From an uncultured Gemmatimonadota bacterium (GTDB lineage Bacteria; JAAXHH01), in assembly GCA_951812955.1 (NCBI GenBank), contig OX638340.1:1856001-1920000 (forward strand): a stretch of DNA of 64,000 bases, given 5' to 3'. This document shows, piece after piece, positions 38,878 through 48,535 of this stretch. Under the pieces are notes generated by a model. It was not told the DNA's origin. It saw only the letters and a list, made by a program, of their open reading frames with translations, and searched no databases. A program made the position numbers and the translations under genes. How positions within the stretch are numbered: position 1 is the stretch's first letter; each line of letters starts with the position of its first letter.

Positions 38878-39735
38878 TCAGGTCATCTTCCATTTCGTGT
38901 CGGGAATATCGCCGTGCTGGACGCGCCGCTCCAGTATGGGCGTCTGACGCAACTCGCGAATCAGTTCGATCAGGCCGTTGATGGCGGCCTCCAGGAACTT
39001 TTCTCCCTTCTCTTTCGTCGCTTTGGTGGCATCCCCCATGACCCCGCTGGGCGATATCGAACTCCAGTAGGGCACCATGCGGGCGTCGGATCCCTCGGGA
39101 TGCCCGCTGGCCAGGAGATCGGTCTTAAAACTGTTTGGCAGGGGACTCCTGTTGTCCACAGCCTTGTCCATTTCAACCAGATCGGGCTTGAGGGCAAGGT
39201 ATAGAGACGTCTCGTATTCCCCTCCATGAGACGTGCCGCCATAGTCCGAGTCGCGTAACGCCTTGCCCACCTCCCTTGCCTGCCTCAGTCCCCAGTGGTT
39301 GGCGCTGGCGCACAGTATCTTCCCTTCGAAATCGATGACGGTAAGGCGGGCGGCCAGGTCGAGGGGCGAGGTGTTGCTTCCGTGGCCGTTGATGATCAGG
39401 ATGCGCTTGAAGCCGTGATAGGCCAAACTGCTGCACACGTCCCGGACGTAGTTGATGAAGGTGTCCCACCGAATGGTGATCGTCCCGTGGAAATCCATGT
39501 GATGGGGACTGTAACCGTGGGTCACCGGAGGGGCGAGCACGACCTCCTCCGGTATGCGTGCCGCGGCCCGCCGGCAGATCTCCGTCGCCAGGACCACGTC
39601 CACGTCCACGGGCAGATGGGGACCGTGGTCCTCGTAGGTCGCCACCGGGAGGAGTGCGACCCGGTCCTGGGCGGCCGCGTCCCTTATCTCGTTCCAGATC
39701 ATCTCCGAGTAGTCGTACTTGACCGACGCCATCAA
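38878..39735 (-). CDS. creatininase-family amidohydrolase
   Basis: Creatininase-family hallmarks: LLPVATYEDHGPHLPVDVD, HGYSPHHMDFHGTIT, ILIINGHGSN. It lies 80 nt downstream of hutF on the same strand. Confidence 0.75.
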   Translation of the reverse strand: MMASVKYDYSEMIWNEIRDAAAQDRVALLPVATYEDHGPHLPVDVDVVLATEICRRAAARIPEEVVLAPPVTHGYSPHHMDFHGTITIRWDTFINYVRDVCSSLAYHGFKRILIINGHGSNTSPLDLAARLTVIDFEGKILCASANHWGLRQAREVGKALRDSDYGGTSHGGEYETSLYLALKPDLVEMDKAVDNRSPLPNSFKTDLLASGHPEGSDARMVPYWSSISPSGVMGDATKATKEKGEKFLEAAINGLIELIRELRQTPILERRVQHGDIPDTKWKMT

Positions 39736-39815
39736 GGCCTCCTTTTCACTGGTTCTTTCACCTTTACGGGTTCAGGTTATACTACCGTTACGCTTGCTTG
39801 TACATGCTTTTCATA

Positions 39816-41063
39816 TCAGATCAACTCCATGTATTTCAGCGACTTGCGGTATAGATCCAACGTCTCGTCGTATTGGGCGTGACGACCCTCGGCAACGATC
39901 TGTTTTCCCGCGACCGAGACGGATCTCACCGCCCGCGGCGTGGCGCCGAAGAGGATGGCGTCAGGAGCGTGATCGGGATCCATGGCAGCAATGGATGGAT
40001 CGTCGGGATCCAGGTGGACATGATCATCCCGCCAGGATTCATCCAGACCGCAGGCCGCGTATCCCAGTCTCGTAGCCGCGTCAAGCAGCACCTGCGCCTC
40101 AGCCACTGTATGCCGCTTCTCCAGCCGTGACCGCTCGTCCAGCTCCACGGCCCGGATTTCCTCGAAGGCGTTCTCGCATGAGTGGCTGTCCACGCCCACG
40201 CAGAGGTGGGTTCCGGCCCTGAGCAGCTCGGCCGCGGGCGGGAGCCCATCGCCGAGATCTCTTTCCGTGGTACGACAGATGCACACCATGCACTTGTAGT
40301 CTCCCAGCGCTTCGATTTCACCTTCATCGAGATGCGTGGCGTGCACGGCCACGAACCGCGGGGACAAGACACCTTCATTGGTAAGTAACGCGACGGGCGT
40401 GGTCCCGTATTCAGACCTGCATGCTGCAAGCTCGGCCCGTTGTTCGCAGACGTGCATGTGGTATGGAAGTTCATGTTCTTCGGCGTAGGCCGACAGAATG
40501 CGGATATCGGGGAGGGGCACGGCCCGAATGCTGTGGGCGGCCACGGCCACGGAGACGTCGGAATCATCCGCGTAGCGCGATCTCAGCACATCGAGATCCC
40601 TTAACACGTCATCGATCGACGGGTCGATGAACCGTTTCTGCGCCGGTACCGCGGACCGCCGGTAACCTGCTCTCAGGTAGGCGGTACGGATCAGGCAGAT
40701 ACGCAGGCCGACATCCCTGGCAGCACGCACGACTGCATCCGCCAGTTCGGTGCGGTCTGCATAGGGACGCCCCCCGGGACCATGATGCACGTAATGGAAC
40801 TCACCGACGGCCGTAACCCCGGACATCGCAAGTTCGGTATAGGCGAACCGCGCGATCGCGTACAGGTCATCCGGTCGGAGCCTTTCGACCAACCGGTACA
40901 TCTCGTCCCGCCAGCCCCAGAACGTGCCCGCGCGGGTCGCGCGGCGCTGGGTCCGCCCACGAAGCGCACGCTGGAAAGCGTGGGAATGGGCCGTAGCGAG
41001 ACCGGGCATGACCCAGTGGCCTTCTTCGTATTGAACGGAAGGCAGGTTATTCCCGGAATTCAT
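39816..41063 (-). CDS. hutF: formimidoylglutamate deiminase
   Basis: Amidohydrolase-superfamily member with the HutF-typical N-terminal block PGLATAHSHAFQRALRG. ATGA overlap with hutI. Confidence 0.75.
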   Translation of the reverse strand: MNSGNNLPSVQYEEGHWVMPGLATAHSHAFQRALRGRTQRRATRAGTFWGWRDEMYRLVERLRPDDLYAIARFAYTELAMSGVTAVGEFHYVHHGPGGRPYADRTELADAVVRAARDVGLRICLIRTAYLRAGYRRSAVPAQKRFIDPSIDDVLRDLDVLRSRYADDSDVSVAVAAHSIRAVPLPDIRILSAYAEEHELPYHMHVCEQRAELAACRSEYGTTPVALLTNEGVLSPRFVAVHATHLDEGEIEALGDYKCMVCICRTTERDLGDGLPPAAELLRAGTHLCVGVDSHSCENAFEEIRAVELDERSRLEKRHTVAEAQVLLDAATRLGYAACGLDESWRDDHVHLDPDDPSIAAMDPDHAPDAILFGATPRAVRSVSVAGKQIVAEGRHAQYDETLDLYRKSLKYMELI

Positions 41064-42343
41064 GGGTTCAACACCTGCCCGTTCTTGATCACGGTATGCA
41101 CCGGGTTTCCGCCAAAGAAATAGGGTATGTGGCGGTAATCGGCCTCGTTCAGAATCAGTATATCGGCCCGCTTGCCGACTTCAATGGAACCGGTCCGGTC
41201 CCCCTGGCCGATGGCGAAAGCCGCGTTGATGGTGGATGCGTTCAGCGCTTCCGCGGGGGTGAACCGCTGGTACCTGCAGGCTATGGCCATGACCGTGGGC
41301 ATGGATGGACAGGGTGCCGAACCGGGATTGAGGTCGGTGGCGAGGGCTACGACGGCGCCGGCTTCCATCATTGCCCGCCCATCGGCGTAATCTGCCATAC
41401 CTAGGTTGAAGTTCACCGCCGGTAGCAGGACGGCGATCGTGTCCGAGCGGGCCAGCGATTCGATCGCCTCCCGGCCCGTCACATCGAGGTGGTCCACCGA
41501 GGCGGCGCCGAGTTCCATGGCCATGGCGACTCCGCCGAAATCGTTGAACTGGTCCACGTGCATCTTCGCTTTCAAACCGGCATCAATCCCGGCCTCCAGC
41601 ACCCGCCGGGACTGGGCGAGATCGAATGCGTGGTCTTCGCAGAACACGTCGACGTGCAAGGGAACTTCGCGATCCGAGAAGCGCGAGGACTGGTACCAGG
41701 CCGCCGCTTCCGGCAGGATCTTCTCGATCACGCACCGTGTATACGCTTCGGAATCTCCCTCGAATTCCGGTGGCACCGCGTGAGCGCCCAAAAAAGTGGG
41801 CACGATGTCGCAGGGATGGTCCCGGTCTAGCTGTTCGATGACACGCAGCATCTTCAGTTCGTCGGGAGCGCTCAGACCGTAACCGGTCTTGATCTCCACG
41901 GTCGTTGTGCCCAGTGCGAGCATCTCGTCGAGACGGGTGGAAGCGGACGATACGAGTTCGTCCACGGTTGCGGCCCGCGTGTACCGGACCGTATTCACAA
42001 TTCCCCCGCCTGCAGCCATGATCTCCAGGTAGGAAGCCCCCTTGATCCGCATCTCGAATTCCGCGGCGCGGGCTCCGCCGAAGACCGTGTGGGTGTGGGC
42101 GTCTACGAAACCGGGACAGAGGGATCTCCCACGGCAATCTATCGTGCGCTTGCCCGCGTACCTGCCATCCAGGTCCTCGGCCGGTCCGACCGCCGCGATC
42201 ACCCCGGCCTCTACCGCCACCGACCCGTGCTCGATCATGTGCACCGAGGCCATGTCCGAACCGCGCCGAGGTGTCCCGGGCGACCGTGGCGTGCAGGTCA
42301 CGACCTGATCCGCGTTGTGGAGGTAAAGATCGACGGGTTTCAT
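41060..42343 (-). CDS. hutI: imidazolonepropionase
   Basis: PGFVDAHTHTVFGGARAAEFEMRIKGASYLEI is a near-consensus HutI metal-binding N-terminus. Length 427 aa. Confidence 0.85.
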   Translation of the reverse strand: MKPVDLYLHNADQVVTCTPRSPGTPRRGSDMASVHMIEHGSVAVEAGVIAAVGPAEDLDGRYAGKRTIDCRGRSLCPGFVDAHTHTVFGGARAAEFEMRIKGASYLEIMAAGGGIVNTVRYTRAATVDELVSSASTRLDEMLALGTTTVEIKTGYGLSAPDELKMLRVIEQLDRDHPCDIVPTFLGAHAVPPEFEGDSEAYTRCVIEKILPEAAAWYQSSRFSDREVPLHVDVFCEDHAFDLAQSRRVLEAGIDAGLKAKMHVDQFNDFGGVAMAMELGAASVDHLDVTGREAIESLARSDTIAVLLPAVNFNLGMADYADGRAMMEAGAVVALATDLNPGSAPCPSMPTVMAIACRYQRFTPAEALNASTINAAFAIGQGDRTGSIEVGKRADILILNEADYRHIPYFFGGNPVHTVIKNGQVLNP

Positions 42344-42459
42344 ATGCCCGCTCGATGAAAGATGGGTGGTCTTGTCGGTCTCGGAGGTTTCATTGCGGCG
42401 CCGGCGTTAAAATGTCAAAAGAAAGGGCCCGAAGCTCGTTGCCCAACTTGCGGTACGTC

Positions 42460-44049
42460 TCAGTCCAGCGTCGGACCCGGAATCTCCAACTTCTCCCCGA
42501 CCGCACCGACCACGTCCCCCCGTGCGACCAGACCACGCATGATTTCGATCAGCGGCGCAAGCGGTACGTCGCGGTCCAGGAAGGGCACGTGCCGGCGGAT
42601 CATTCGGTACGCCGCGCCGGTCCCCCGTCCCATTCCATCCGGCGTGACGCCCGGTTCCCGGCACCTGAAATCGATGGCCTGTGCCGCGTCAATCAGTTCT
42701 ATGGCAACGATGGTCTCTACGTTTTCCAGGACCTGTTGCGTATGATGCACCGACGCCGCACCCATGCTCACGTGATCTTCCGTATTCGCGCCGCTCGGTA
42801 TCGAGTCCGCGCTGGCCGGGTGGGCCAGCACCTTGTTCTCCGACGCAAGGGCCGCCGCCGTGTACTGGGTGAGCATCAACCCGCTTTCCAGTCCGCCATG
42901 GTCCGTGAGGAACATGGGCAGGATGCCGCCGTTGGAGTCGGCGTCTACGAGCCGGGCCGTACGCCGCTCGCTCATGTTGCCCATGTCTACGATCGACAGC
43001 TTCATGCTGTCCATCGCCACGGCGATGGGTTCGCCGTGGAAGTTGCCCGCGCTGATGATCTCCGTGTCTTCGGGATCATCCCCGGCGAAGACCAGGGGAT
43101 TGTCGTTCGCGGAGTTCAGCTCGATGTTGATCATCCAGCGGGCGTAATCGATCGTGTCCCGGACCGCTCCGTGCACCTGGGGGACGCAGCGCAACGTGTA
43201 GGGATCCTGTACGTTGCCGGGATCGTCGGAACGGAGCAAACGGCTGCCGTGCAGCATGTCCCTCAGGAAGGCCGCGCAGGCGACCTGCCTGGGATGGGGA
43301 CGGATGGCGTGCACGCGGGCGTCGTACGCACGGTCGGTGCCGATCAGCGCTTCCAGGGTCATGGCGGCCGCGATGTCCGCCGTAAGCGCGAGATTTGTGG
43401 CCCGGTGTACCAGCAGGGCGCCGAGTCCCGCCATGAGGGTCGTGCCGTTTGTGAGGGCCAACCCCTCCTTCGCCCCCAGGATAACCGGTTCAAGCCCCGC
43501 CTTCCGGAGGGCCGTTGCGCCGTCGAGACGGCGGGAACGGTACATGGCCTCACCTTCTCCGATCAGCACCAGGGACATGTGCGCCAGGGTCGCCAGGTCT
43601 CCACTTGCGCCAAGGGAACCCCGGCCGGGGATGCAGGGGTGCACGCCCTCGTTGAGCATGTCCACCATCAGCTGGACGACTTCGGGCCGGATGCCCGAAT
43701 AGCCCATGGCGAGCGTATTGGCCCGGACGATCAGCATGGCGCGTACGGTCTCCTCGTCCAGTTCGGGCCCTGCACCGGCCGCGTGGCTTCTTATCAGATT
43801 GAGTTGCAATTCGGCGACCTGTTCGGAAGAGATCAGCTTGTCCTTGAATCGGCCGAAACCGGTGGTGATCCCGTAGGCGATCCGGCCCTCCGAGACCAAT
43901 CGATCCACCACTTCCCGGGAGCGTTTCATGCCGGGGAGGGCATCGGGGTGTATTGCGACGGGGCGGCCCTTCGAGACGGCGACCACCTCGTCGATGGTGA
44001 GATTGTAACCCGTGAGAGGCAGGACATCCTGGGAACGATCCATATCCAA
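42460..44049 (-). CDS. hutH: histidine ammonia-lyase
   Basis: MIO-forming Ala-Ser-Gly triad in the GSLGASGDLA context. Aromatic amino-acid lyase family architecture. Length 529 aa. Confidence 0.9.
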   Translation of the reverse strand: MDMDRSQDVLPLTGYNLTIDEVVAVSKGRPVAIHPDALPGMKRSREVVDRLVSEGRIAYGITTGFGRFKDKLISSEQVAELQLNLIRSHAAGAGPELDEETVRAMLIVRANTLAMGYSGIRPEVVQLMVDMLNEGVHPCIPGRGSLGASGDLATLAHMSLVLIGEGEAMYRSRRLDGATALRKAGLEPVILGAKEGLALTNGTTLMAGLGALLVHRATNLALTADIAAAMTLEALIGTDRAYDARVHAIRPHPRQVACAAFLRDMLHGSRLLRSDDPGNVQDPYTLRCVPQVHGAVRDTIDYARWMINIELNSANDNPLVFAGDDPEDTEIISAGNFHGEPIAVAMDSMKLSIVDMGNMSERRTARLVDADSNGGILPMFLTDHGGLESGLMLTQYTAAALASENKVLAHPASADSIPSGANTEDHVSMGAASVHHTQQVLENVETIVAIELIDAAQAIDFRCREPGVTPDGMGRGTGAAYRMIRRHVPFLDRDVPLAPLIEIMRGLVARGDVVGAVGEKLEIPGPTLD

Positions 44050-44065
44050 CCGATTCCTTCCGGGT

Positions 44066-45715
44066 TCAGTCCATCATGGGGATCTTCACGCCACGGGCTT
44101 TCGCAACTGCCTCGGCCTCTTCGTAACCGGCGTCGACGTGCCGGGCCACGCCCATGCCCGGATCGTTGGTGAGCACACGCTCCAGGCGCGCGGCCGCCTC
44201 CGGTGTGCCGTCGGCGACGATGACCTGTCCGGCGTGCAGGCTGTATCCGATGCCCACGCCGCCGCCGTGATGGTAACTCACCCAGGTGGCTCCGCTGGCC
44301 GTATTGATGAGCGCGTTCAGCACGGGCCAGTCCGCGATGGCGTCCGACCCGTCTTTCATGGCCTCGGTTTCGCGGTTCGGGCTGGCGACGGACCCGCTGT
44401 CCAGGTGATCCCGGCCGATGACGATGGGCACACTGATCTCGCCCGAGGCAACCAGTTCGTTGAATTTGAGCCCGGCCCTGGCCCGCTCCCCGTAACCCAG
44501 CCAGCAGATTCGGGCCGGCAGCCCCTGGAATTCCACGTGCCGCCGGGCCATCGTGATCCAGCGGAACAGGTGGTCGTCCTCGGGAAACAGTTCGAGGACG
44601 GCCTGGTCCGTCCGGTAGATATCCTCGGGATCCCCCGAGAGGGCGACCCAGCGAAAGGGCCCCCTGCCTTCGCAGAACAGGGGCCGGATGTAGGCCGGCA
44701 CGAAACCGGGATAGTCGAAGGCCTCTTTCAGCCCGTTGTCGTATGCGCGTTGCCGGAGGTTGTTGCCGTAGTCGAAAACCACGGCCCCTCGCTTCTGCCA
44801 TTCGAGCAGGGTCCGTACGTGCACAGTCATGGATGCGATCGAGCGTTCCTGGTATGCGTCCGGATCGCGGTCGCGCAGCATTGCCGCCTCGTCAGGCGAC
44901 AGACCTGCGGGTATATAACCGTATAGCGGATCGTGGGCCGCGGTCTGATCGGTAACTACGTCGGGCGCCAATCCCCGGTCCAGCAGTTCGGGAAGTACCT
45001 CCGCGGCGTTACCGATCAGGGCGATCGACCGGGCTTCACCCGCGCTGAGTGCCTCGTTCACCCAGGTCAGCGCCAGGTCGAGGTTTTCCGCCACGGTATC
45101 CACCTGGCGCAGTTCGAGGCGCCGCCGCGCCCGCCGGGGATCCACCTCCACCAGCAGGCCCACGCCGCCGTTCATGGTGATGGCCAGCGCCTGGGCGCCG
45201 CCCATCTCTCCCAGGCCGGCCGTGACTACGAGCTTTCCCGCCAGGCTGCCCCATCCTTGCTTGCGGGCCAGCGCGCCGAAGGTCTCGTAGGTGCCCTGCA
45301 GGATGCCCTGCGTTCCGATGTATATCCAGCTTCCGGCCGTCATCTGGCCGTACATGATCAGGCCTTCGCGCTCCCAGGTATCGAAGTGCTCCTGTGTGGC
45401 CCAGGCCGGTACCATGTTGGAGTTTGCGATCAGAACGCGCGGCGCGTCTGCATGGGTGCGAAAAACCGCCACGGGTTTGCCCGACTGCACCATGAGGGTT
45501 TCGTCGGGTTCCAGGTCGCGCAGGGCGCGCAGTATGGCGTCGAAGGCTTCCCAGTTCCGGGCGGCCTTTCCCCTGCCGCCATACACGACAAGGTTGTCAG
45601 GATCGAAAGCGACCAGGGGGTCCAGGTTGTTCTGGATCATGCGGTAGGCCGCTTCGATGAGCCAGTTCTTACAACTCAGCTTCGTCCCCGTGGGGGCTTT
45701 CACGTTTCGTTTCAC
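44066..45715 (-). CDS. hutU: urocanate hydratase
   Basis: Aligns by eye with Pseudomonas HutU from the N-terminus ([28 protein letters not shown]…[16 protein letters not shown]…QSGKPV…[22 protein letters not shown]). GTG start codon at 45715. There is an in-frame stop 8 codons upstream. Confidence 0.9.
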   Translation of the reverse strand: MKRNVKAPTGTKLSCKNWLIEAAYRMIQNNLDPLVAFDPDNLVVYGGRGKAARNWEAFDAILRALRDLEPDETLMVQSGKPVAVFRTHADAPRVLIANSNMVPAWATQEHFDTWEREGLIMYGQMTAGSWIYIGTQGILQGTYETFGALARKQGWGSLAGKLVVTAGLGEMGGAQALAITMNGGVGLLVEVDPRRARRRLELRQVDTVAENLDLALTWVNEALSAGEARSIALIGNAAEVLPELLDRGLAPDVVTDQTAAHDPLYGYIPAGLSPDEAAMLRDRDPDAYQERSIASMTVHVRTLLEWQKRGAVVFDYGNNLRQRAYDNGLKEAFDYPGFVPAYIRPLFCEGRGPFRWVALSGDPEDIYRTDQAVLELFPEDDHLFRWITMARRHVEFQGLPARICWLGYGERARAGLKFNELVASGEISVPIVIGRDHLDSGSVASPNRETEAMKDGSDAIADWPVLNALINTASGATWVSYHHGGGVGIGYSLHAGQVIVADGTPEAAARLERVLTNDPGMGVARHVDAGYEEAEAVAKARGVKIPMMD

Positions 45716-45808
45716 ACCTGAACTTACGCGTTCCTTTCACGGTTCTTCCACTCTTCGTGGGCTAAACCTGAACTTACGCGTTCCTTTCACGGTTCTTCCA
45801 CTCTTCGT
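45716..45808. repeat. perfect 43-nt tandem direct repeat (period 50 nt)
   Basis: ACCTGAACTTACGCGTTCCTTTCACGGTTCTTCCACTCTTCGT occurs at 45716-45758 and 45766-45808. The second copy is the 3' end (last 11 codons plus stop) of the RraA-like gene. The first copy sits directly upstream of the hutU GTG start. Confidence 0.9.
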
Positions 45809-46448
45809 AGATGAAATCTGGGCTGGTGATCATGTCGAAATGGGACCGCTCCCAGGTCCTGATTTCCCCCGCCTTTCTCAGCGTGTCTGCCGCGATGTCG
45901 AGGGGGATCTTCACCACGCCGTCGACGTCGGCGAGCAACAGGTCGCCGGTCTGAACCAGCAACTGGCCGGCGACGAGGGGACGGCCGACTGCCCGCACGT
46001 TGAAGGGACCGTGGCCCGATACCGTGCCGATGCCCCATATGGGCAGTCCCGCCCCCCGGATTCCCTCGAGATCGCGCACGCAGCCTTCGACAACGGCGCC
46101 CACCACGCCGAGCTTTCGGTGGATATGCGCCATGCCGTCACCGAAAAGGGCGGCACGCTTTGGGCGGGTGTCGACGTCCTTCATCACCGCGATCTTGGGA
46201 CCCGGTGTCTCGTTGAGCACGTCGTAGTAGTCGGACCAGTTCATGTTGGGGGGAGTGGGGTCCAGCGGCGTGACCTCGGAAGTCACGGCATACCCGACCA
46301 CGGTGCCGAATTCGGGCGTCAGGTACTGTATCTCCGGTCCGGTGTAATCGTCATTGGAAACGCCCTGTACTTTTTCTACGGCGTTGTATACCGTGGCCGA
46401 GTCGAATTCGGCCAGTCCGGTCAATACGGCGTTGTCCACGCGGGTCAT
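45774..46448 (-). CDS. RraA-family protein (RraA / 4-hydroxy-4-methyl-2-oxoglutarate aldolase-like)
   Basis: 224 aa. RraA/DlpA-family pattern (…NAVLTGLAEFDSATVYNAVEK…GDLLLADVDGVVKIP…). Confidence 0.7.
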   Translation of the reverse strand: MTRVDNAVLTGLAEFDSATVYNAVEKVQGVSNDDYTGPEIQYLTPEFGTVVGYAVTSEVTPLDPTPPNMNWSDYYDVLNETPGPKIAVMKDVDTRPKRAALFGDGMAHIHRKLGVVGAVVEGCVRDLEGIRGAGLPIWGIGTVSGHGPFNVRAVGRPLVAGQLLVQTGDLLLADVDGVVKIPLDIAADTLRKAGEIRTWERSHFDMITSPDFIYEEWKNRERNA

Positions 46449-46678
46449 TCAGGTAACTCCTTTAATTGAAGAAAGAACAGATATTTGACGTATATAAAAC
46501 CGTCGCTGAGGGGAAGGTGAGTCGAGCGCTGTGCCTCGTAGGCTATAATCGATACGGGATGATCAAAAATCAAGGGAATTACGGAACTTACACCGCGTAA
46601 TCCACGGCCACCCGCGTCAGCAATTTGACCTGGTCCTCTCACCAAGTCGAATGAATCAATCGTTCGACGTAAATGCGT

Positions 46679-46702
46679 TGACACAGGCACGTACTTGTGT
46701 CA
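46679..46702. promoter_or_regulatory. inverted repeat TGACACA-N10-TGTGTCA overlapping a TTGACA -35-like hexamer in a divergent promoter region
   Basis: Perfect 7-bp arms with a 10-nt spacer, about 70 nt upstream of the 46770 start codon. Lies in the 321-nt divergent intergenic region between the RraA/hut operon and the DUF2911 gene. Confidence 0.35.
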
Positions 46703-46755
46703 TTTTCTCCTGGCAAAGCCAACTTCAATGGCGTGTCAGAACAAGAACCGTATTC

Positions 46756-46761
46756 AGGAGG
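46756..46761 (+). promoter_or_regulatory. Shine-Dalgarno AGGAGG
   Basis: AGGAGG lies 8 nt upstream of the ATG at 46770. Confidence 0.6.
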
Positions 46762-46769
46762 TTTTTTTT

Positions 46770-47330
46770 ATGCTTCGCATTACCCGTTTATTCAGTGTAC
46801 TGGCGCTTTCCGCGGCTTTCGTGGCCATGGGTAGCGGCGCCGTCGACGCTCAGACGACCATGCCTTCGGGCGAAGACAGTGCGGACATGGGCCGTGGCAT
46901 GGTGGAAGTATCGTTGATGGGCGGCAAGGTGTCCATCGACTACGGCCGTCCGGAAATGAAGGGCCGGGATATGCTGGCCATGGCGCCTGATGGATTCGTC
47001 TGGCGCTTCGGCAGCAACAAATCCACCACCTTCACTACGGAAGCCGATCTTATGTTCGGCGACCAGTCGCTGGCCAAGGGTTCCTACAGCGCGTGGATCA
47101 AGCACGTCGAAGGCGATTCCTGGACGCTCATTTTCAATAGCGAAGTGGGGATCTGGGGCGCACCCGGCGCCAGTCGGGAGAACGACGTGCTGGAAGTACC
47201 GCTGACCTACACCGTGGAAGATGAGATGGTCGAACGGCTCACCGTGAGACTCATGGTCATGGAAGACAAGGGTTTCGTGGGAGTCGGGTGGGGTACCCAC
47301 CGCCTGATTGTCAGTTTCTCGGCCAAGTAG
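46770..47330 (+). CDS. secreted DUF2911-like protein
   Basis: Signal peptide MLRITRLFSVLALSAAFVAMGSGAVDAQ. The mature region (…SIDYGRPEMKGRDM…VWRFGSNKSTTF…GSYSAWI…DSWTLIFN) matches my recollection of the DUF2911 pattern. The start was chosen at the ATG with a strong SD; the longest ORF begins at 46695. Confidence 0.5.
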   Translation: MLRITRLFSVLALSAAFVAMGSGAVDAQTTMPSGEDSADMGRGMVEVSLMGGKVSIDYGRPEMKGRDMLAMAPDGFVWRFGSNKSTTFTTEADLMFGDQSLAKGSYSAWIKHVEGDSWTLIFNSEVGIWGAPGASRENDVLEVPLTYTVEDEMVERLTVRLMVMEDKGFVGVGWGTHRLIVSFSAK

Positions 47331-47394
47331 CTGCCGCGGCAAACGCGCGATGTAATCGTAAAAGGGACAGGTGCAATTCGCCTGTCCCTTTTCT

Positions 47395-48453
47395 TTACCA
47401 GTTTTCAGGATTCAAGCCGACGCGGATTCCCGCTTCTTCGATCTGCCGCCAGGTGGTATCGTCGATGCTGATCCCTTCACGGCGCCGTTCCTCCGCCAGC
47501 CTGAATTCCGGTTCTCCCGGAACGAGAATCTCTTCGAATCCCGGCGCGGTCCGGCTGGATTTCACGTGCCGGATCAATCCCTCGATCTCCTGGTAGTACC
47601 AGTCCAGGTCCGAGAAGAACGAAATATCGAAGACGGTGAAGAGCACGCCGTTGCTTTCCACGATCTGTTCGCCCTGCGCGCAACCCTGTCCGCTCAGCGC
47701 ACCGCCCAGGACCTCCACCATCAAACCCAGGCTGTAACCCTTATGGGCGACGATTCCGCCCATGGGCAGGATGGCGCCGTTGGGGGGCGGTCCCTTGATG
47801 ACCGTGGGATCCGTGGTGGAGTTGCCTTCGTGGTCGATCAACCATCCTTCCGGAACCCGCACCCCCTTGTTCGCGGCGACCCGGACCTTCCCTTCGGCGA
47901 CGACGGAGGTAGTCAGGTCCACCATGATGGGATCGGCGTCTCGACGGGGCGCCGAAAAGGCGATTGGGTTGGTGCTGATTCGTCCGTCGATACCGCCAAA
48001 AGGCGGAATCTGGCGTCCGAAGCGGCCCGCGTTGACGAAGGCCAGCCCGATCAGACCTTCCCGGGCCGCCATGAGGGGATAGGCGCCTACGCGGCCCACG
48101 TGGCTCGTACGCCGGAGCGTAACCGTGGCCGTGCCGTGCTTACGTGCTTTCTTCATGGCGAGCCGCATGGCGATGGTGCCGCCAACCTGGCCGAGGGCGC
48201 CGCCGTTGTCCACCAGGGCCGTGCAGGGACTTTCTCTCACGATGCCCACGTCGGCCCGGGCCTTGAATCGTCCCTCGTCCATAATGGCCTTGACGTACTC
48301 CGGTATCCGAATGGCGCCGTGGGAATCATGGCCGAAGAGATTCGAGTCCACGAGGTGGTCCACGACGCTGCGGGCATCGTCCTCGGTACAGCCGGCCGCT
48401 TCCAGCACCTCGCAACCGATGCGATGGAGTTTATCGGGGGTAATTACGGGCAT
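47395..48453 (-). CDS. Ldh_2-family oxidoreductase (malate/L-sulfolactate/Pyr2C-reductase-like)
   Basis: N-terminal VLEAAGCTEDDARSVVDHLVDSNLFGHDSHGAIRIPEYV is characteristic of the Ldh_2 family. Confidence 0.7.
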   Translation of the reverse strand: MPVITPDKLHRIGCEVLEAAGCTEDDARSVVDHLVDSNLFGHDSHGAIRIPEYVKAIMDEGRFKARADVGIVRESPCTALVDNGGALGQVGGTIAMRLAMKKARKHGTATVTLRRTSHVGRVGAYPLMAAREGLIGLAFVNAGRFGRQIPPFGGIDGRISTNPIAFSAPRRDADPIMVDLTTSVVAEGKVRVAANKGVRVPEGWLIDHEGNSTTDPTVIKGPPPNGAILPMGGIVAHKGYSLGLMVEVLGGALSGQGCAQGEQIVESNGVLFTVFDISFFSDLDWYYQEIEGLIRHVKSSRTAPGFEEILVPGEPEFRLAEERRREGISIDDTTWRQIEEAGIRVGLNPENW

Positions 48454-48535
48454 TGTCTTCCTTTCCAGGTCTTACGTGTGTACCGACTCTTCAAACGCGC
48501 GATCTGCAACCCGCGGGCGAATGAAACCGGTCGGG

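Noticed and set aside
42271-44172. 633-aa ORF on the plus strand
   Set aside because: It lies antisense to hutH, which carries the unmistakable ASG/MIO motif. The ORF is R/G/A/H-rich and low-complexity, so it is a GC-driven open frame.
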